DNA of 64,000 nucleotides from a bacterium (lineage in GTDB: Bacteria; UBA8248), in the NCBI GenBank assembly GCA_965200245.1, contig CBDATS010000002.1, positions 270,986 through 334,985 of the forward strand, in the 5' to 3' direction. The notes under the pieces are model-generated. The model saw only the letters and a list, made by a program, of their open reading frames with translations, did not search any database and was not told the origin of the DNA. The translations under genes and the position numbers were made by a program. This document shows positions 10,005 to 20,539 of the stretch, piece after piece (positions within the stretch are counted from its first letter, which is position 1; each line of letters starts with the position of its first letter).

Positions 10005-11078
10005 ATGAAGGAATATCGCATCATCACCATCCCAGGAGACGGGATTGGCCCCGAACTCATGGAATGCACCCTTGCCGTGCTCGAAGCCGTTCAGGAGGTG
10101 AACGGCGCCGTGAAACTCAACCTTGAGGAACACGATGCGGGAGCGGGCCGCTACGCCAGGTACGGCAAGCGCATCAGCGATGAAACCCTCCAGGCCTGCC
10201 ACGAGGCGGACGGCGTCCTCAAATCGCCTGTGGGCGACCCTGCCATCCGCACGCCGGAAGGCACCGAGGGAGGGCTTCTGGGCGGAGTGCTCAGAACCAG
10301 CCTCGATGTTTTCGCCAACATGCGGCCCGTCAGGCTCTACCCGGGCATCCGAAGTCCGCTGGCGGGCTATGAGCCCGGTGGTATCGACTACGTCGTGATT
10401 CGCGAGAACACCGAGGGTCTCTACGCCTCACGTGACAAGGGAGTCGGCGGCCCCGAAGCCGTGGCCGACACCCTGCTCATCACCCGAAAAGGGACAGAGC
10501 GCGTAGCGAGGTTCGCCTTCGAACTTTCGCGCAAAAGAAACGGTGCGCCCGAAGACGGTGTGCGGCGCGTCACCTGCGTGGACAAGGGCAATGTCCTGCG
10601 ATCCCTGGCGTTTTTCCGCGAGATATTCTTCGAAGTTGCCACTGATTATCCCGATATCGAGGCGGAGGCACTGTATTCAGACGCCTGCGCCTACAATCTG
10701 GTGATTCGACCGGAACACTATGACGTGCTGGTGATGGAGAATATGCTGGGAGACCTGCTGAGCGATTTGGGCGGCGCCACGGCAGGCGGCCTGGGAATGT
10801 GTCCGTCCGGAAATATCGGGGAGAAATACGCCTTTTTCGAGGCGGTGCACGGATCGGCCCCCGATATCGCCGGGCAGGGCATAGCGAATCCCCTGAGTCT
10901 CATCCTCTCCGCCGCTCTCATGCTGGCCCACATCGGGGAGGAGGAGGCCGCAAAACAGATAGAAACCGGCGTGTGGGGGGCGCTCGAAGCCGGGGAAATT
11001 CGCCTGGACGACAAGGGACGCGCTCTGAACGGCAGCCGGGCCATCACCGAGGCGGTGTGCGCCCGCGTGAGGGGATGA
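10005..11078 (+). CDS. Isocitrate/isopropylmalate/tartrate dehydrogenase family protein
   Basis: IPGDGIGPE, IRENTEGLY, DKGNVL, ENMLGDLLSDL, EAVHGSAPDIAG; AGGAG upstream of ATG 10005. Confidence 0.92.
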   Translation: MKEYRIITIPGDGIGPELMECTLAVLEAVQEVNGAVKLNLEEHDAGAGRYARYGKRISDETLQACHEADGVLKSPVGDPAIRTPEGTEGGLLGGVLRTSLDVFANMRPVRLYPGIRSPLAGYEPGGIDYVVIRENTEGLYASRDKGVGGPEAVADTLLITRKGTERVARFAFELSRKRNGAPEDGVRRVTCVDKGNVLRSLAFFREIFFEVATDYPDIEAEALYSDACAYNLVIRPEHYDVLVMENMLGDLLSDLGGATAGGLGMCPSGNIGEKYAFFEAVHGSAPDIAGQGIANPLSLILSAALMLAHIGEEEAAKQIETGVWGALEAGEIRLDDKGRALNGSRAITEAVCARVRG

Positions 11079-11079
11079 T

Positions 11080-11799
11080 TCAGGAAAAGCGCTCGCGCAG
11101 GAGCGTCCATACGGCGATGAAACCATCCCGCCACGTTATCTTCTTGCCCTCCGCATAGGTGCGCCCGTAGTAGGATATCGGTACCTCGTAGATGCGCCAT
11201 CTGGCTGGCTTCAGGATTTTCGCGGTAAATTCCGGCTCGAAGTCGAACCCCTTGGCACGGATTTTCATATCCTTCACCACCTCGCGGCGGAACATCTTGT
11301 AGCAGGTTTCCATGTCGGTGAGCGTACAGTTGAACAGCAGGTTCGCCAGCGTGGTCAGCATGTGGTTCCCCACCTTGTGCCAGAACATATGCACACGCTG
11401 GGGTTTTCCGCCGAAGCGCGTGCCGTAGACTACGTCGGCAGCCCCCCGGCGGATGGGGTCGTAGAGTTCGGCGTATTCGGCGGGGTCGTATTCCAGGTCT
11501 GCATCCTGTACGACGATCACGTCTCCGCTCGCTGCAGCGAAACCGTCGCACAGGGCGGCTCCCTTGCCCTCGTTTTTCTCGCGGTAGATAACGCGCACGT
11601 CGTTTTGTTCGATCTCGGCCAAGATGTCCCGGGTGCCGTCCGTGCTGCCGTCGTCCACGATGATAAGTTCGATGCCCATCTCCACCGCCTGGACGCGGGC
11701 GACGATTTCGCGAATCGTGTCCCGCTCGTTGTAGCAAGGCATTACCACGCTCAACAGATCCGGCATCTGGCCGTCATCGTTCACAACAACTCTCTCCAT
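11080..11799 (-). CDS. Glycosyltransferase family 2 (DPM1-like)
   Basis: SVVMPCYNE, VDDGSTDGT, QDADLEYDP, TDMETCYK, YYGRTYAEGKKITWRDG. Confidence 0.93.
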   Translation of the reverse strand: MERVVVNDDGQMPDLLSVVMPCYNERDTIREIVARVQAVEMGIELIIVDDGSTDGTRDILAEIEQNDVRVIYREKNEGKGAALCDGFAAASGDVIVVQDADLEYDPAEYAELYDPIRRGAADVVYGTRFGGKPQRVHMFWHKVGNHMLTTLANLLFNCTLTDMETCYKMFRREVVKDMKIRAKGFDFEPEFTAKILKPARWRIYEVPISYYGRTYAEGKKITWRDGFIAVWTLLRERFS

Positions 11800-11980
11800 C
11801 CGAGGGTCGGGCGCGCTATTCGCCCAGGAGGGTATCGCGCCAAAGCCTACATGCTCCCTCCTGCATGGTCAATTTATTTCAAGCGTCAGGGTTCTCCGGC
11901 TTGGCAAGCGGCGACCCCACGTGAGAGTATTGCTGCGCTTTGAATTTCATCACATCTGACTACAACTTCGGGATTATGAA

Positions 11981-13108
11981 ATGCCATCGCCCCTGCTCGA
12001 GAAAATGAAGACGCTTTGCGCCCTGCCCGGCCCACCGGGTCATGAGGGCGCGGTGCGTGACGCCATCGTGGAGATGTTGAAAGGCTGCGCGAGCGAGTTG
12101 CGGCGCGACCATATCGGGAACCTCATCGCCCGCCACAAAGCGAGCGAGTCGGCCCCGCACATTCTTCTGGAATGCCACATGGACGAGGTCGGGCTCATCG
12201 TCACGGAAGTGGAACGGGGTGGCGCGATTCGCTTCGAGAAAGTGGGACTCGTGGCGGATTCGGTTTTCCCTGGCCGTGAGATATCCCTCCTGACGCTGGA
12301 TGGCAATCTCCATCGGGGCGTCGTCAACGTACGCAGCGGGCATCTCCAGTCCCTGCAGGGACAGGAACATCCCGGCGTCGACAAGATGTGGATTGATCTG
12401 GGGGTTTCCGACGATGCGCCGATTCGCGCCATCGGTATCGAGGCGGGCACGCCGGGCGTATTCCACAGTCCCTTCACACAGCTTCCCGGTGGAGCGTGGA
12501 AATCGAAGGCCGTGGACAACCGTTCGGGCTGCGCCCTCTGCGTGGAGGCGTTCATCAACACGGCCAACTCGCTTTCGGACAAACTCCGCCTGAGCACCGC
12601 CTTCTGCGTACAGGAAGAAATCGGAGGGCGCGGTGCTTCGGTGCTTTCGGTGGATGAAACAGGCAGCAACACACCCTCCCTCGCCATCGTGCTCGACAAC
12701 GTCCCCTCAGACGGCCCGGGCAGGTCCGACGCACGGGGGTCGAAGATCGGGGCGGGGCCGGTATTGCGCAGATACGACCACCAGCCCATGAGCCTCTACG
12801 GCCACATCACCCCGCCCGAACTCATCCGGTGGGTGAAGGACGTGGCGAGCGAAGCCCATGTACCCCTGCAGGAAGACGTGTTCCTGGGCACGTTTCTCGA
12901 TTCCGCCACCCTGAGCAAATCCCGGCCGGGCGGATTGCCCGTCGTGCCGATCAACCTGCCGAGGCGCTATTCCCACAGCCCCGTGGAGACGTTCATGGAA
13001 TCAGATCTGGAGGCCACGGCCGCGCTCATCGGCGCGCTTCTGCGCTCCGCCGCCGAGGGGGGAGCGCCCGTCCTGGGGCGGGACTACCTGTCTTCCCCGG
13101 ATGCGTGA
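11981..13108 (+). CDS. M42 family metallopeptidase
   Basis: HMDEVG, KAVDNRSG, VQEEIG, RYSHSPVE. Confidence 0.88.
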   Translation: MPSPLLEKMKTLCALPGPPGHEGAVRDAIVEMLKGCASELRRDHIGNLIARHKASESAPHILLECHMDEVGLIVTEVERGGAIRFEKVGLVADSVFPGREISLLTLDGNLHRGVVNVRSGHLQSLQGQEHPGVDKMWIDLGVSDDAPIRAIGIEAGTPGVFHSPFTQLPGGAWKSKAVDNRSGCALCVEAFINTANSLSDKLRLSTAFCVQEEIGGRGASVLSVDETGSNTPSLAIVLDNVPSDGPGRSDARGSKIGAGPVLRRYDHQPMSLYGHITPPELIRWVKDVASEAHVPLQEDVFLGTFLDSATLSKSRPGGLPVVPINLPRRYSHSPVETFMESDLEATAALIGALLRSAAEGGAPVLGRDYLSSPDA

Positions 13109-13145
13109 AATCCGGAACACACCATAATCTGGAGAGACGAGACCT

Positions 13146-13997
13146 GTGTCAAAAGTCATTCGCGTCGCCCATAGTCCGGACTCGGACGACGCCTTTATGT
13201 TCCACGCCCTGGCGAACGGGAAGATCGCCCAGAGTGAATATGAATTCGTCCACGAACTCCACGACATCGAAACGCTGAACCAAGCCGCTTTCGAGGGCAA
13301 ATACGAAGTGAGCGCCATCAGCTTTCATGCGTATTGCTACCTGGCGAATCGTTATGCCATCCTGCCGCACGGGGCGAGTTTCGGAGAGAATTACGGACCG
13401 GTCATCATCTCGCGCGAGCCGATGACGCCCGAAGCGCTCCGGGACGTGGAAATCGCCATTCCGGGTCGCCTGACAACGGCGTATCTTACGCTTCGCCTCT
13501 ATGCCGGGGGAGAAGAGCCCAAACATCGCGTGGTGCATTTCGAACGGATCATGGACGAGGTGAAAAAAGGAGCTTCTCCGGCGGGGCTTCTCATCCACGA
13601 GGGCCAGCTCACCTACGAGGAGGAGGGTTTTCATCTCGTGGAGGACCTTGGCAAGTGGTGGATGCGCGAAACCGGAGGTCCCCTGCCCCTGGGCTGCAAC
13701 GTCATCCGAAAGGACCTGGGTTCCGACGTGGTCAGCGAGGTCAGCCGCCTGCTGCATCAAAGCATCGTCTACGCGCTTGAGAACCGAGACGAGGCACTCG
13801 ACCACGCCATGGCATATGCCAGGGATTTGCCGCGCGACAAGGCGGACATCTTCGTCGGCATGTACGTGAACGAATGGACGCGCTCGTACGGCGATGCCGG
13901 GAAGAGGGCCGTCTTCACACTGTTGAACCGCGCCGCCGGGGCGGGCATCATACCGGAGAAAATAGAGCCGGAATTCGTATCCTCACCCAACGAATGA
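13146..13997 (+). CDS. mqnD: 1,4-dihydroxy-6-naphthoate synthase (futalosine pathway)
   Basis: AHSPDSDDAFMF, DIETLN, LIHEGQLTY, PLPLG, GMYVNEWT. Confidence 0.9.
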   Translation: MSKVIRVAHSPDSDDAFMFHALANGKIAQSEYEFVHELHDIETLNQAAFEGKYEVSAISFHAYCYLANRYAILPHGASFGENYGPVIISREPMTPEALRDVEIAIPGRLTTAYLTLRLYAGGEEPKHRVVHFERIMDEVKKGASPAGLLIHEGQLTYEEEGFHLVEDLGKWWMRETGGPLPLGCNVIRKDLGSDVVSEVSRLLHQSIVYALENRDEALDHAMAYARDLPRDKADIFVGMYVNEWTRSYGDAGKRAVFTLLNRAAGAGIIPEKIEPEFVSSPNE

Positions 13998-14014
13998 CGA
14001 ACGGAGGTGGATTC

Positions 14015-14398
14015 ATGCTGGCTGGAATGCACCACATATCCATCAGCGTCGATGACCTGGAAGAAGCCCGCGACTTTTACGCCGGACTGCTGGAGCTTGC
14101 GGAAATCGACCGTCCGAACCTGCCGAATCCGGGCTACTGGTTCCAGGCAGGGGCCTGCCAGCTTCATCTCACGGGACGCCGGGATCGCGCGAGCGAAACG
14201 GGCATCCCGGGCACGGGGGCCGGTGAAACACACTTCGCCTTCGCTGCGTCTGAACTGGAACCCGTAAAGGAAAGGCTCGAAATGGCGGGCGTGGACGTGA
14301 AAGACGGTATCAACGCCGGGTTGGGATTGCGACAACTGTTCTTCAGGGATCCCTCGGACAACCTTGTGGAAGTATTCTGCACACTGGACGAATCATGA
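14015..14398 (+). CDS. VOC/glyoxalase family protein
   Basis: HHISISVDDLEEARDFY, HFAF, LFFRDPSDNLVE; GGAGG upstream. Confidence 0.88.
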   Translation: MLAGMHHISISVDDLEEARDFYAGLLELAEIDRPNLPNPGYWFQAGACQLHLTGRRDRASETGIPGTGAGETHFAFAASELEPVKERLEMAGVDVKDGINAGLGLRQLFFRDPSDNLVEVFCTLDES

Positions 14399-14667
14399 TG
14401 GAAATTACGGGAAATTTTCCGTCGATTTTCTTTTGCGGGCTGGCTTTGATGCCTCGCTCGCTGCTTTCATCATCCGGTACGCAACCCCCGATTCGGCGGC
14501 GAAAACCAGAATGCCGGGCACCTCTCGCAACCACCCGGCCATCTGTCCACCACCTGAAATAATCAGGGCGTTGGAGTTTCCGAAATACATGGGCGAGGAA
14601 CACGGATGTCTGCCTGAAAAAACCCGGGCGCGGGTTCTGGCAGCCTGATTCATACAGGGACACCACC

Positions 14668-15096
14668 ATGAAGCGAAACAGATTTCACCTGGCCGGGGCC
14701 GTGCCTTGGCGGAAAACGGAAGAGGGATTGGAAATCCTGCTCATCACGACACGCGACAGGCCCGTGGACGAAGACTATCTCTGGTGGATAGTGCCCCAGG
14801 GCGGCGTGGAACCGGGGCAGACCGCCCGGGAGGCCGCCATCGTCGAAACATGGGAAGAGGCGGGTGTTCGCGGCGTGGTGTCGCAGGAACCATTCGCATA
14901 CTATGAATATCCTACCGGCATGGGAAAGTGCCGGGTCGACATCTTCGAGTTGGAAGTCGAAGTCGTCGAGGACGATTGGCCCGAGAGCCACGAGCGAAAG
15001 CGCGTCTGGCTCTCTGCCGCGGACGCCCTTGAGGCGATTTCCGGGGATACGCTCAGAAACATCCTGGAAGAATTTGTCCGCATAAACGGGGACTAG
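14668..15096 (+). CDS. NUDIX hydrolase
   Basis: Nudix box GGVEPGQTAREAAIVETWEEAGV; DWPESHERKRVW. Confidence 0.9.
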   Translation: MKRNRFHLAGAVPWRKTEEGLEILLITTRDRPVDEDYLWWIVPQGGVEPGQTAREAAIVETWEEAGVRGVVSQEPFAYYEYPTGMGKCRVDIFELEVEVVEDDWPESHERKRVWLSAADALEAISGDTLRNILEEFVRINGD

Positions 15097-15477
15097 ATTT
15101 TTCGCGCCGCGATGAGCGTGCGATTGCAGTGCAGATACAAGGGCGCAGCCGAAAAACCGGCAGCCTCAAGCCATTCGAGTTGCTCACCCGGACTTGCGGG
15201 ACAATCCCCCTTCCCATCATATCGCTCTCGATTCTCGATATTCCTGAAACGTCATCGACACATCCAAATCATGACTGAGGCGATTCCAGACGCGCTCATA
15301 TTCTTCGGGCAAGTCGTCGAAGCGCATCTCAAACCTGTCGAGGAAATAAAACGCGCCGCCCGGACGAAGGAATTCGAATACCATATTGTTGATTCGCCCG
15401 ATCGGGATTGTCCCGCCTGACGTTCACCTTGTCCCAACTTCTGGCGAACCCCTTCTCCCCCCAGGCGTCTTTCGCCA

Positions 15478-16860
15478 TCAAACGGCCTTGCACGCGTTTA
15501 TCAATGCACTCGCGTCGGGCGCCATCTCGAACGTCAGGCCAGCCTCCACGGCGGCGTCGAACTTGTGTTCGGGCAGGACACGGCTTGCGTTTCCCCGGAA
15601 TTTGGCCTCCACATCCGCCGATCCCATCGGGTTTTCGGGGTTGCCCCAGTTGACGGGTTCATCGCGTTCCAGGACACGGCCATCCCTGAGCATCATCCGC
15701 ACACCACCATGCAGGTATTTGGGAAATCTCTCAGAATCCACGCTCGTACACCTCACCTTTCCGGCAAGTTCGAGCACCTGCGCGTCGCCCAAATGCTCTT
15801 CCTCGAAATCATCAAGCGTGGCACGGCCCTTCACCACGTTCACTGCAAGACAATAGGGCAGGCTGAAAAGCGCCGCATACTGTGTGTTGGGTCTTCGCTT
15901 GTGCTCGATGGGTTCGCACACGATGTGGAGGATCGGATCGGGCGTGATGGTCTCGATATCCACGATCTCATCGAGAGATATTCCCGCCTCGCGTACCAGG
16001 TTCTTCGCCGCATCCATCGTCGCGTGATTGAAATGGCAGCAGGGATAGGGTTTGAACGAAATGCGCAGTGTCTCCCAGCGCTCCCCGAGGCCGCCTGCCA
16101 GGATGTCCTCATCGCAGGAAGGATCGCCTAAATGCGTAGCGTAAAGACCGAACCTGCCTTCCAATACCTTTCGGGGACCCATGAATCCATGCCCCGCCAT
16201 CTGTGCGGCGGTGACGCCTGCATGAGAGGCCCAACCCGGATGAAAGCGCTTCACCCAACTCCCGTCGTCCAGAAATTCCTGAATCCCCGCTGCCTGGCTC
16301 CCGCAAACGCCGAATGCGTTGGCGATGACCTCCGGCGAGTGGTTCATCAGACGCCCCATGATGGCCGCCGCCCCGAAGGCACCGCAAATCGGCGTGGCGT
16401 GGTAGCCCTCTGCGTGAAACGCTCCCGGCACTGCGCCTCCGATTCTGGCAATGACCTCATAACCCGCCACCATTGCCGCCAGTATCTCCCGCCCGCTCGC
16501 GCCTGCGGCCTCGCCCGCCGCCAGAGCCGTGGGTACCACGCAGGCACTCATGTGGGTGATGGAATCCGTATGGGTGTCGTCGAAATCAAGACCGTGTACG
16601 TAGCTTCCGTTCACCATGGCAGCATGGGCAACGGGCAGTCTGTCCCCGTAACGCCAGACGGTTGCCTGGGGCGAACCGCCCCAATCACGCGCCGTTTTCG
16701 TAACAGCATCGGCGTAGGGCTCGCGCGTTGCGGCCAAGCCTATCCCCAGTGCGTCCAATAAATGCAGTTTCGCCTTTTCAATCACTTGCCCTGGAATGTC
16801 CTCGTAAGACAGGCCGGCGGCGAAACGCGCCAGTTTGTCGCTCATGGTTTCCATGTTCAT
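15478..16860 (-). CDS. MmgE/PrpD family protein
   Basis: HGLDFDDTH, KRFHPGW, FKPYPCCH, WGNPENP. Confidence 0.92.
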   Translation of the reverse strand: MNMETMSDKLARFAAGLSYEDIPGQVIEKAKLHLLDALGIGLAATREPYADAVTKTARDWGGSPQATVWRYGDRLPVAHAAMVNGSYVHGLDFDDTHTDSITHMSACVVPTALAAGEAAGASGREILAAMVAGYEVIARIGGAVPGAFHAEGYHATPICGAFGAAAIMGRLMNHSPEVIANAFGVCGSQAAGIQEFLDDGSWVKRFHPGWASHAGVTAAQMAGHGFMGPRKVLEGRFGLYATHLGDPSCDEDILAGGLGERWETLRISFKPYPCCHFNHATMDAAKNLVREAGISLDEIVDIETITPDPILHIVCEPIEHKRRPNTQYAALFSLPYCLAVNVVKGRATLDDFEEEHLGDAQVLELAGKVRCTSVDSERFPKYLHGGVRMMLRDGRVLERDEPVNWGNPENPMGSADVEAKFRGNASRVLPEHKFDAAVEAGLTFEMAPDASALINACKAV

Positions 16861-16886
16861 CTCCTGGTCTTGAATCCCGTCCGCCT

Positions 16887-18254
16887 TTATGCGAGATGCC
16901 CTGCCAGCTTATCCATCGTCTCGATATAATCCAGAGCCAGGGCGGCGTCCACCAGCGCGTCCTGTGCGTCGGGCGAAATCACGCCGCCCGTAATCTGTTT
17001 GAATTTCTGCACCACCATATCGAAATCCATCGGATTCTGAGGCGAGCCCTTTGGGCCCTCGACACGGCTATGCAACTCGCGTCCATCGCGAGTGCGAATC
17101 GCCACCCTGGCGGGAAAGGTTCTGGGATAGAGTCTTTCGATTTCCGGGTCCACCGTGAATCGCGCCCGCCGCGCGAGCGCCACTAACCCGGGGTCGGCAA
17201 TGCGTTCGGGCGTGAACTGGCCGGGCCCCGCCTCTCCGTCGGTGAGCGCCACCGCGGCGCAATACTCGATATTCATCTGTGCACGCAGGGAACTCACCGG
17301 CTCGTAGCGCCACGAACACTGCTGTTTCACCAGGCTATGGTTCATGATTTCCATTTCCTGCACGTCATCGGGTGTGACGCCATGCTCCCTGCGGAGCGCG
17401 AGAACGGCGTCGATGGTCGAATGCGTGCTCCCGCAGCAGCAATATGGTTTGAAAGAAACCCCCTCCGTCTCCCAATGTGCGCCCAAGTCCCTCGTCAACG
17501 ACTCAGGATCCCCACAGTCGCTGAACGCCCTCAGGAAACCACCGTCTTCATATTCGAAAATCTCCTGGGGACCGGTATAGCCGCCCTTCGCCAGGGAAGC
17601 GGCCATGAGGCCGCTTTGGGCCGCGCGGCCCGCGTGAAAACGCTTCGTCTCCGAGCCGTCGCATTGAAATGCCCACGTCCCGGCCCCCTGGGTTCCCGCA
17701 AGCCCAAGTGCGTTGGCCGTCTGTTCGGGCGTCAGGCCCATCATATGCGCAGCCGCAGCTCCTGCACCAAATGGCCCGCAAAGACCTGTCAAATGAAATC
17801 CACGCCTGCGGACCTCCAGGGAATCTGCGGCGATGCTCGCGCGGATCATGGACTCATAGCCGACTGCGCAGGCGGTCATGAACGTCCTGCCGCTCGCTCT
17901 CGTTTTCTCGGCAAGCGGAAATGCGGCGGCAAACACCACCGCGCCCGGATGGAGCTTCGCACCGCTGTGGTAGTCATCGAGTTCGAACGCGTGCATCCAG
18001 GTGCCGAGACAAAGCGCCAGGGGTCCCACAGGCCCGCGCCAACCGGTTTTCCAAAGGGCCGCTTCCGCGTTTCCGCCCTGTTCCCGAACGAAACGTGCCA
18101 GTATTCTTCCTGATTCCGTGGTCACGCCATAGAGACCGCATCCGACCGCGTCCAGGAAATATTTCCGCATGCAGGCGCGCAGGTTACCGGATAGGTCGCT
18201 ATGGGAAGTTTCGCTGATGAATCGCGCGAGCTCGCGTGTGTGGCCGTTCATCAT
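16887..18254 (-). CDS. MmgE/PrpD family protein
   Basis: HAFELDDYH...HPG, KRFHAG, FKPYCCCGSTH, KGSPQNP. Confidence 0.92.
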   Translation of the reverse strand: MMNGHTRELARFISETSHSDLSGNLRACMRKYFLDAVGCGLYGVTTESGRILARFVREQGGNAEAALWKTGWRGPVGPLALCLGTWMHAFELDDYHSGAKLHPGAVVFAAAFPLAEKTRASGRTFMTACAVGYESMIRASIAADSLEVRRRGFHLTGLCGPFGAGAAAAHMMGLTPEQTANALGLAGTQGAGTWAFQCDGSETKRFHAGRAAQSGLMAASLAKGGYTGPQEIFEYEDGGFLRAFSDCGDPESLTRDLGAHWETEGVSFKPYCCCGSTHSTIDAVLALRREHGVTPDDVQEMEIMNHSLVKQQCSWRYEPVSSLRAQMNIEYCAAVALTDGEAGPGQFTPERIADPGLVALARRARFTVDPEIERLYPRTFPARVAIRTRDGRELHSRVEGPKGSPQNPMDFDMVVQKFKQITGGVISPDAQDALVDAALALDYIETMDKLAGHLA

Positions 18255-18258
18255 CACC

Positions 18259-19137
18259 TCACTGCCTAGGCAGGTATTCCGCTTCCATGGCGTGATACGC
18301 ATCGTAATCGAGAAGACGGTAGAGTTCCTTGCGCGTCATCATGCTGTCCAGGTAATCCGCCATCGTGCCCTTTTCTTTCAGTTCATCGAGCAGCAATTCA
18401 CCCGCCTTGAGCATCGCGCGCATGATGCTCACCGGAAACAAAACGAGTTTATACCCCATCCGTTCAAAACCGGTCTTGGAGATATGGGGCGTCTTGCCGA
18501 ACTCCGTCATGTTGGCCAGCAACGGACCCGGGCAGCGCTCGGCGTACTCGGCGAACTCATCGCGCGTCTCAAGCGCTTCGATGAATATGATGTCCGCCCC
18601 TGCGTCAAGAGCGGCGTTGCCGCGCTCGACGGCCTCGTCCATCCCGTAGACATACCTGGCGTCGATTCGCGCCATGACTGCGAAATCCGGATCCTCTCGA
18701 TGGGCCACGGCGGCGCGGATTTTCCCGATAAACTCCTCGCGGCTCACAACCTGTTTGCCGTCCAGATGACCGCAGCGCTTGGGCAGAACCTGATCTTCAA
18801 TTTGAATGCACGCAACGCCCGCCCTTTCAAAATCGCGCACCGTGCGTACCACGTTCACCGCGTTGCCGTAGCCGGTGTCCACATCCACCACAAGCGGGAT
18901 ATCCACGGCGTCGGCCATGTATCTCGCGTTCATGAGAACTTCGCTGAATAATGACGCCAGACCGTTGTCGGGCAACCCTGCCAAGGCGTTCACGACGCCT
19001 GCTCCCGACATGTAGACGGCCTCGAATCCCTTGGAGGCAATGAGCCTGGCAGTCAGCGCGTCATGCGCGCCGGGGATGATGGTCGCCCCCGGCCGTTCGA
19101 GAATTTTTCTGAATTTTTTTCGTTCCGAACCGGGCAT
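18259..19137 (-). CDS. prpB: Methylisocitrate lyase / ICL-PEP mutase family protein
   Basis: PGAHDAL, GLPD, DVDTGYG, IEDQVLPKRCGH, LANMTEFGKTP. Confidence 0.85.
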   Translation of the reverse strand: MPGSERKKFRKILERPGATIIPGAHDALTARLIASKGFEAVYMSGAGVVNALAGLPDNGLASLFSEVLMNARYMADAVDIPLVVDVDTGYGNAVNVVRTVRDFERAGVACIQIEDQVLPKRCGHLDGKQVVSREEFIGKIRAAVAHREDPDFAVMARIDARYVYGMDEAVERGNAALDAGADIIFIEALETRDEFAEYAERCPGPLLANMTEFGKTPHISKTGFERMGYKLVLFPVSIMRAMLKAGELLLDELKEKGTMADYLDSMMTRKELYRLLDYDAYHAMEAEYLPRQ

Positions 19138-19310
19138 GTCCCCTTCCTTTCCGGGAAAATTCCTGCGCTCCGGCGACAATCGCCTTCTCGCCGAACGTCA
19201 TCTTGCTGTTGATATACAAGAACTTACCCACGGCCATCGATTCCAGGCAAGCACCCTTTATTCTGTCACATCAACCGATGGTGTCGCCATAGACCGGGGC
19301 CGAATCTTCC

Positions 19311-19341
19311 TTGACAGGCAACCGAGTAAAAGTGGCATAAT
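19311..19341 (+). promoter_or_regulatory. Possible sigma70 promoter for TPR gene
   Basis: TTGACA at 19311-19316 and TG-n-CATAAT ending 19341; the 19-nt spacer is long. Confidence 0.4.
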
Positions 19342-19377
19342 TCCCGTTTTATCCAGTTAGCCTCTGGGGAATTCTCT

Positions 19378-19914
19378 ATGACGGATAAATCGGAAAACCT
19401 GAGTTTCGACGAAAGATACAAGGAAGAAGCCCGTGTAAACCCCGACCTCAAGCGAGCTCTGGAACTCTTTGACCAAGGCGGAATCGCTCATGAGGAAGGA
19501 GACCTCAACAAGGCCATCGAGTTGTACCGGAATTCCATCGCCTCCTACCCCACTGCGGACGCGCATACCTTTCTGGGCTGGATGTACAGCAAACAGGGCA
19601 GATTCGAGGAAGCCATCGAGGAGTGCCACATAGCTATCGAGGTCGACGATGAATTAGGGAATCCCTACAACGACATCGGCTCTTATCTCATGCAGTTGGG
19701 TGAATACGACGAGGCGGCCGAGTGGCTTGAGAAGGCGAAGTCAGCGCCGAGATACAAGCGGCGCCATTACCCCTACATAAATCTCGGGCGCATCTACCTT
19801 CGGAAAAAAGAATACGGCAAGGCACAGGGCGAGATTTACCAGGCTATCAGGCGTGCCCCCGAAATGGAAGATCTGAAAAAGAACTTTCTGGATCTGGTGT
19901 CGATACTCAACTAG
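19378..19914 (+). CDS. Tetratricopeptide repeat protein
   Basis: AIELYRNSI, AHTFLGWMYS, GNPYNDIGSYL, YPYINLGRIY. Confidence 0.9.
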   Translation: MTDKSENLSFDERYKEEARVNPDLKRALELFDQGGIAHEEGDLNKAIELYRNSIASYPTADAHTFLGWMYSKQGRFEEAIEECHIAIEVDDELGNPYNDIGSYLMQLGEYDEAAEWLEKAKSAPRYKRRHYPYINLGRIYLRKKEYGKAQGEIYQAIRRAPEMEDLKKNFLDLVSILN

Positions 19915-19927
19915 AAATCAACCCACG

Positions 19928-19957
19928 AAAAAAGCCGGCCCTGAGGACCGGCTTTTT
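19928..19957. terminator. Bidirectional intrinsic terminator
   Basis: AAAAAAGCCGG-ccctgagga-CCGGCTTTTT between convergent genes. Confidence 0.8.
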
Positions 19958-19976
19958 CCTTTTTCGCGCCTGACAC

Positions 19977-20429
19977 CTAGCCGGGAATCTTCTCCCTGCT
20001 GTCTTCTTCCATCCATTCGTTTTCCACATAAATCGTTCTGGCAGCATCGCGGTTCGGGCAATTGCCATATGTAAAGACGAGTTCGGCGTCCTCGGTCTCG
20101 CTCGGGTTGTAGAGGCCGTGAATTTCGCCAGCCGCACAATAGACGAACGTACCCGAGGGCACTGTATGCTCTTCCCTGTCCTCTCCCATCCAGACGATGA
20201 TCGGGCCCTTGACGATGTAGAACGTAGCGTCGCACACGTGGTAGTGCCTCTGGTTGCGGCCCTTGGGGGGAATGATTGTGCGCCCCATCGTGATGGTCTG
20301 CGTGCCCGTGGAGTGACTGTCCACGCCCCATGCGATGATGAGGGGCGGCTCGTACTTCTTGTCAACACCGATGGCCGTCGAGTCGATGAGACACCAGCGC
20401 TGTTTCGTGGGTGCGGATATGACTGACAT
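19977..20429 (-). CDS. Cupin domain protein
   Basis: NQRHYHVCDATFYIVKG, GTFVYCAAGEIHGLYN; AGGAG upstream. Confidence 0.88.
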   Translation of the reverse strand: MSVISAPTKQRWCLIDSTAIGVDKKYEPPLIIAWGVDSHSTGTQTITMGRTIIPPKGRNQRHYHVCDATFYIVKGPIIVWMGEDREEHTVPSGTFVYCAAGEIHGLYNPSETEDAELVFTYGNCPNRDAARTIYVENEWMEEDSREKIPG

Positions 20430-20539
20430 GAATACTCCTTTTGTTTGGAAACGATATGAAATACCCATTCTCTTGAAGGCTGCCCAATCTAGTCTTTCGT
20501 TCCCTTGAGCGCAAGGGCAGGACCGCAGCGGCCGGGAAC

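Noticed and set aside
14405-14653. Small ORFs in gaps (also 15112-15420, 49766-49969, 50903-51130)
   Set aside because: No recognisable motifs or convincing RBS; cannot be supported as genes.
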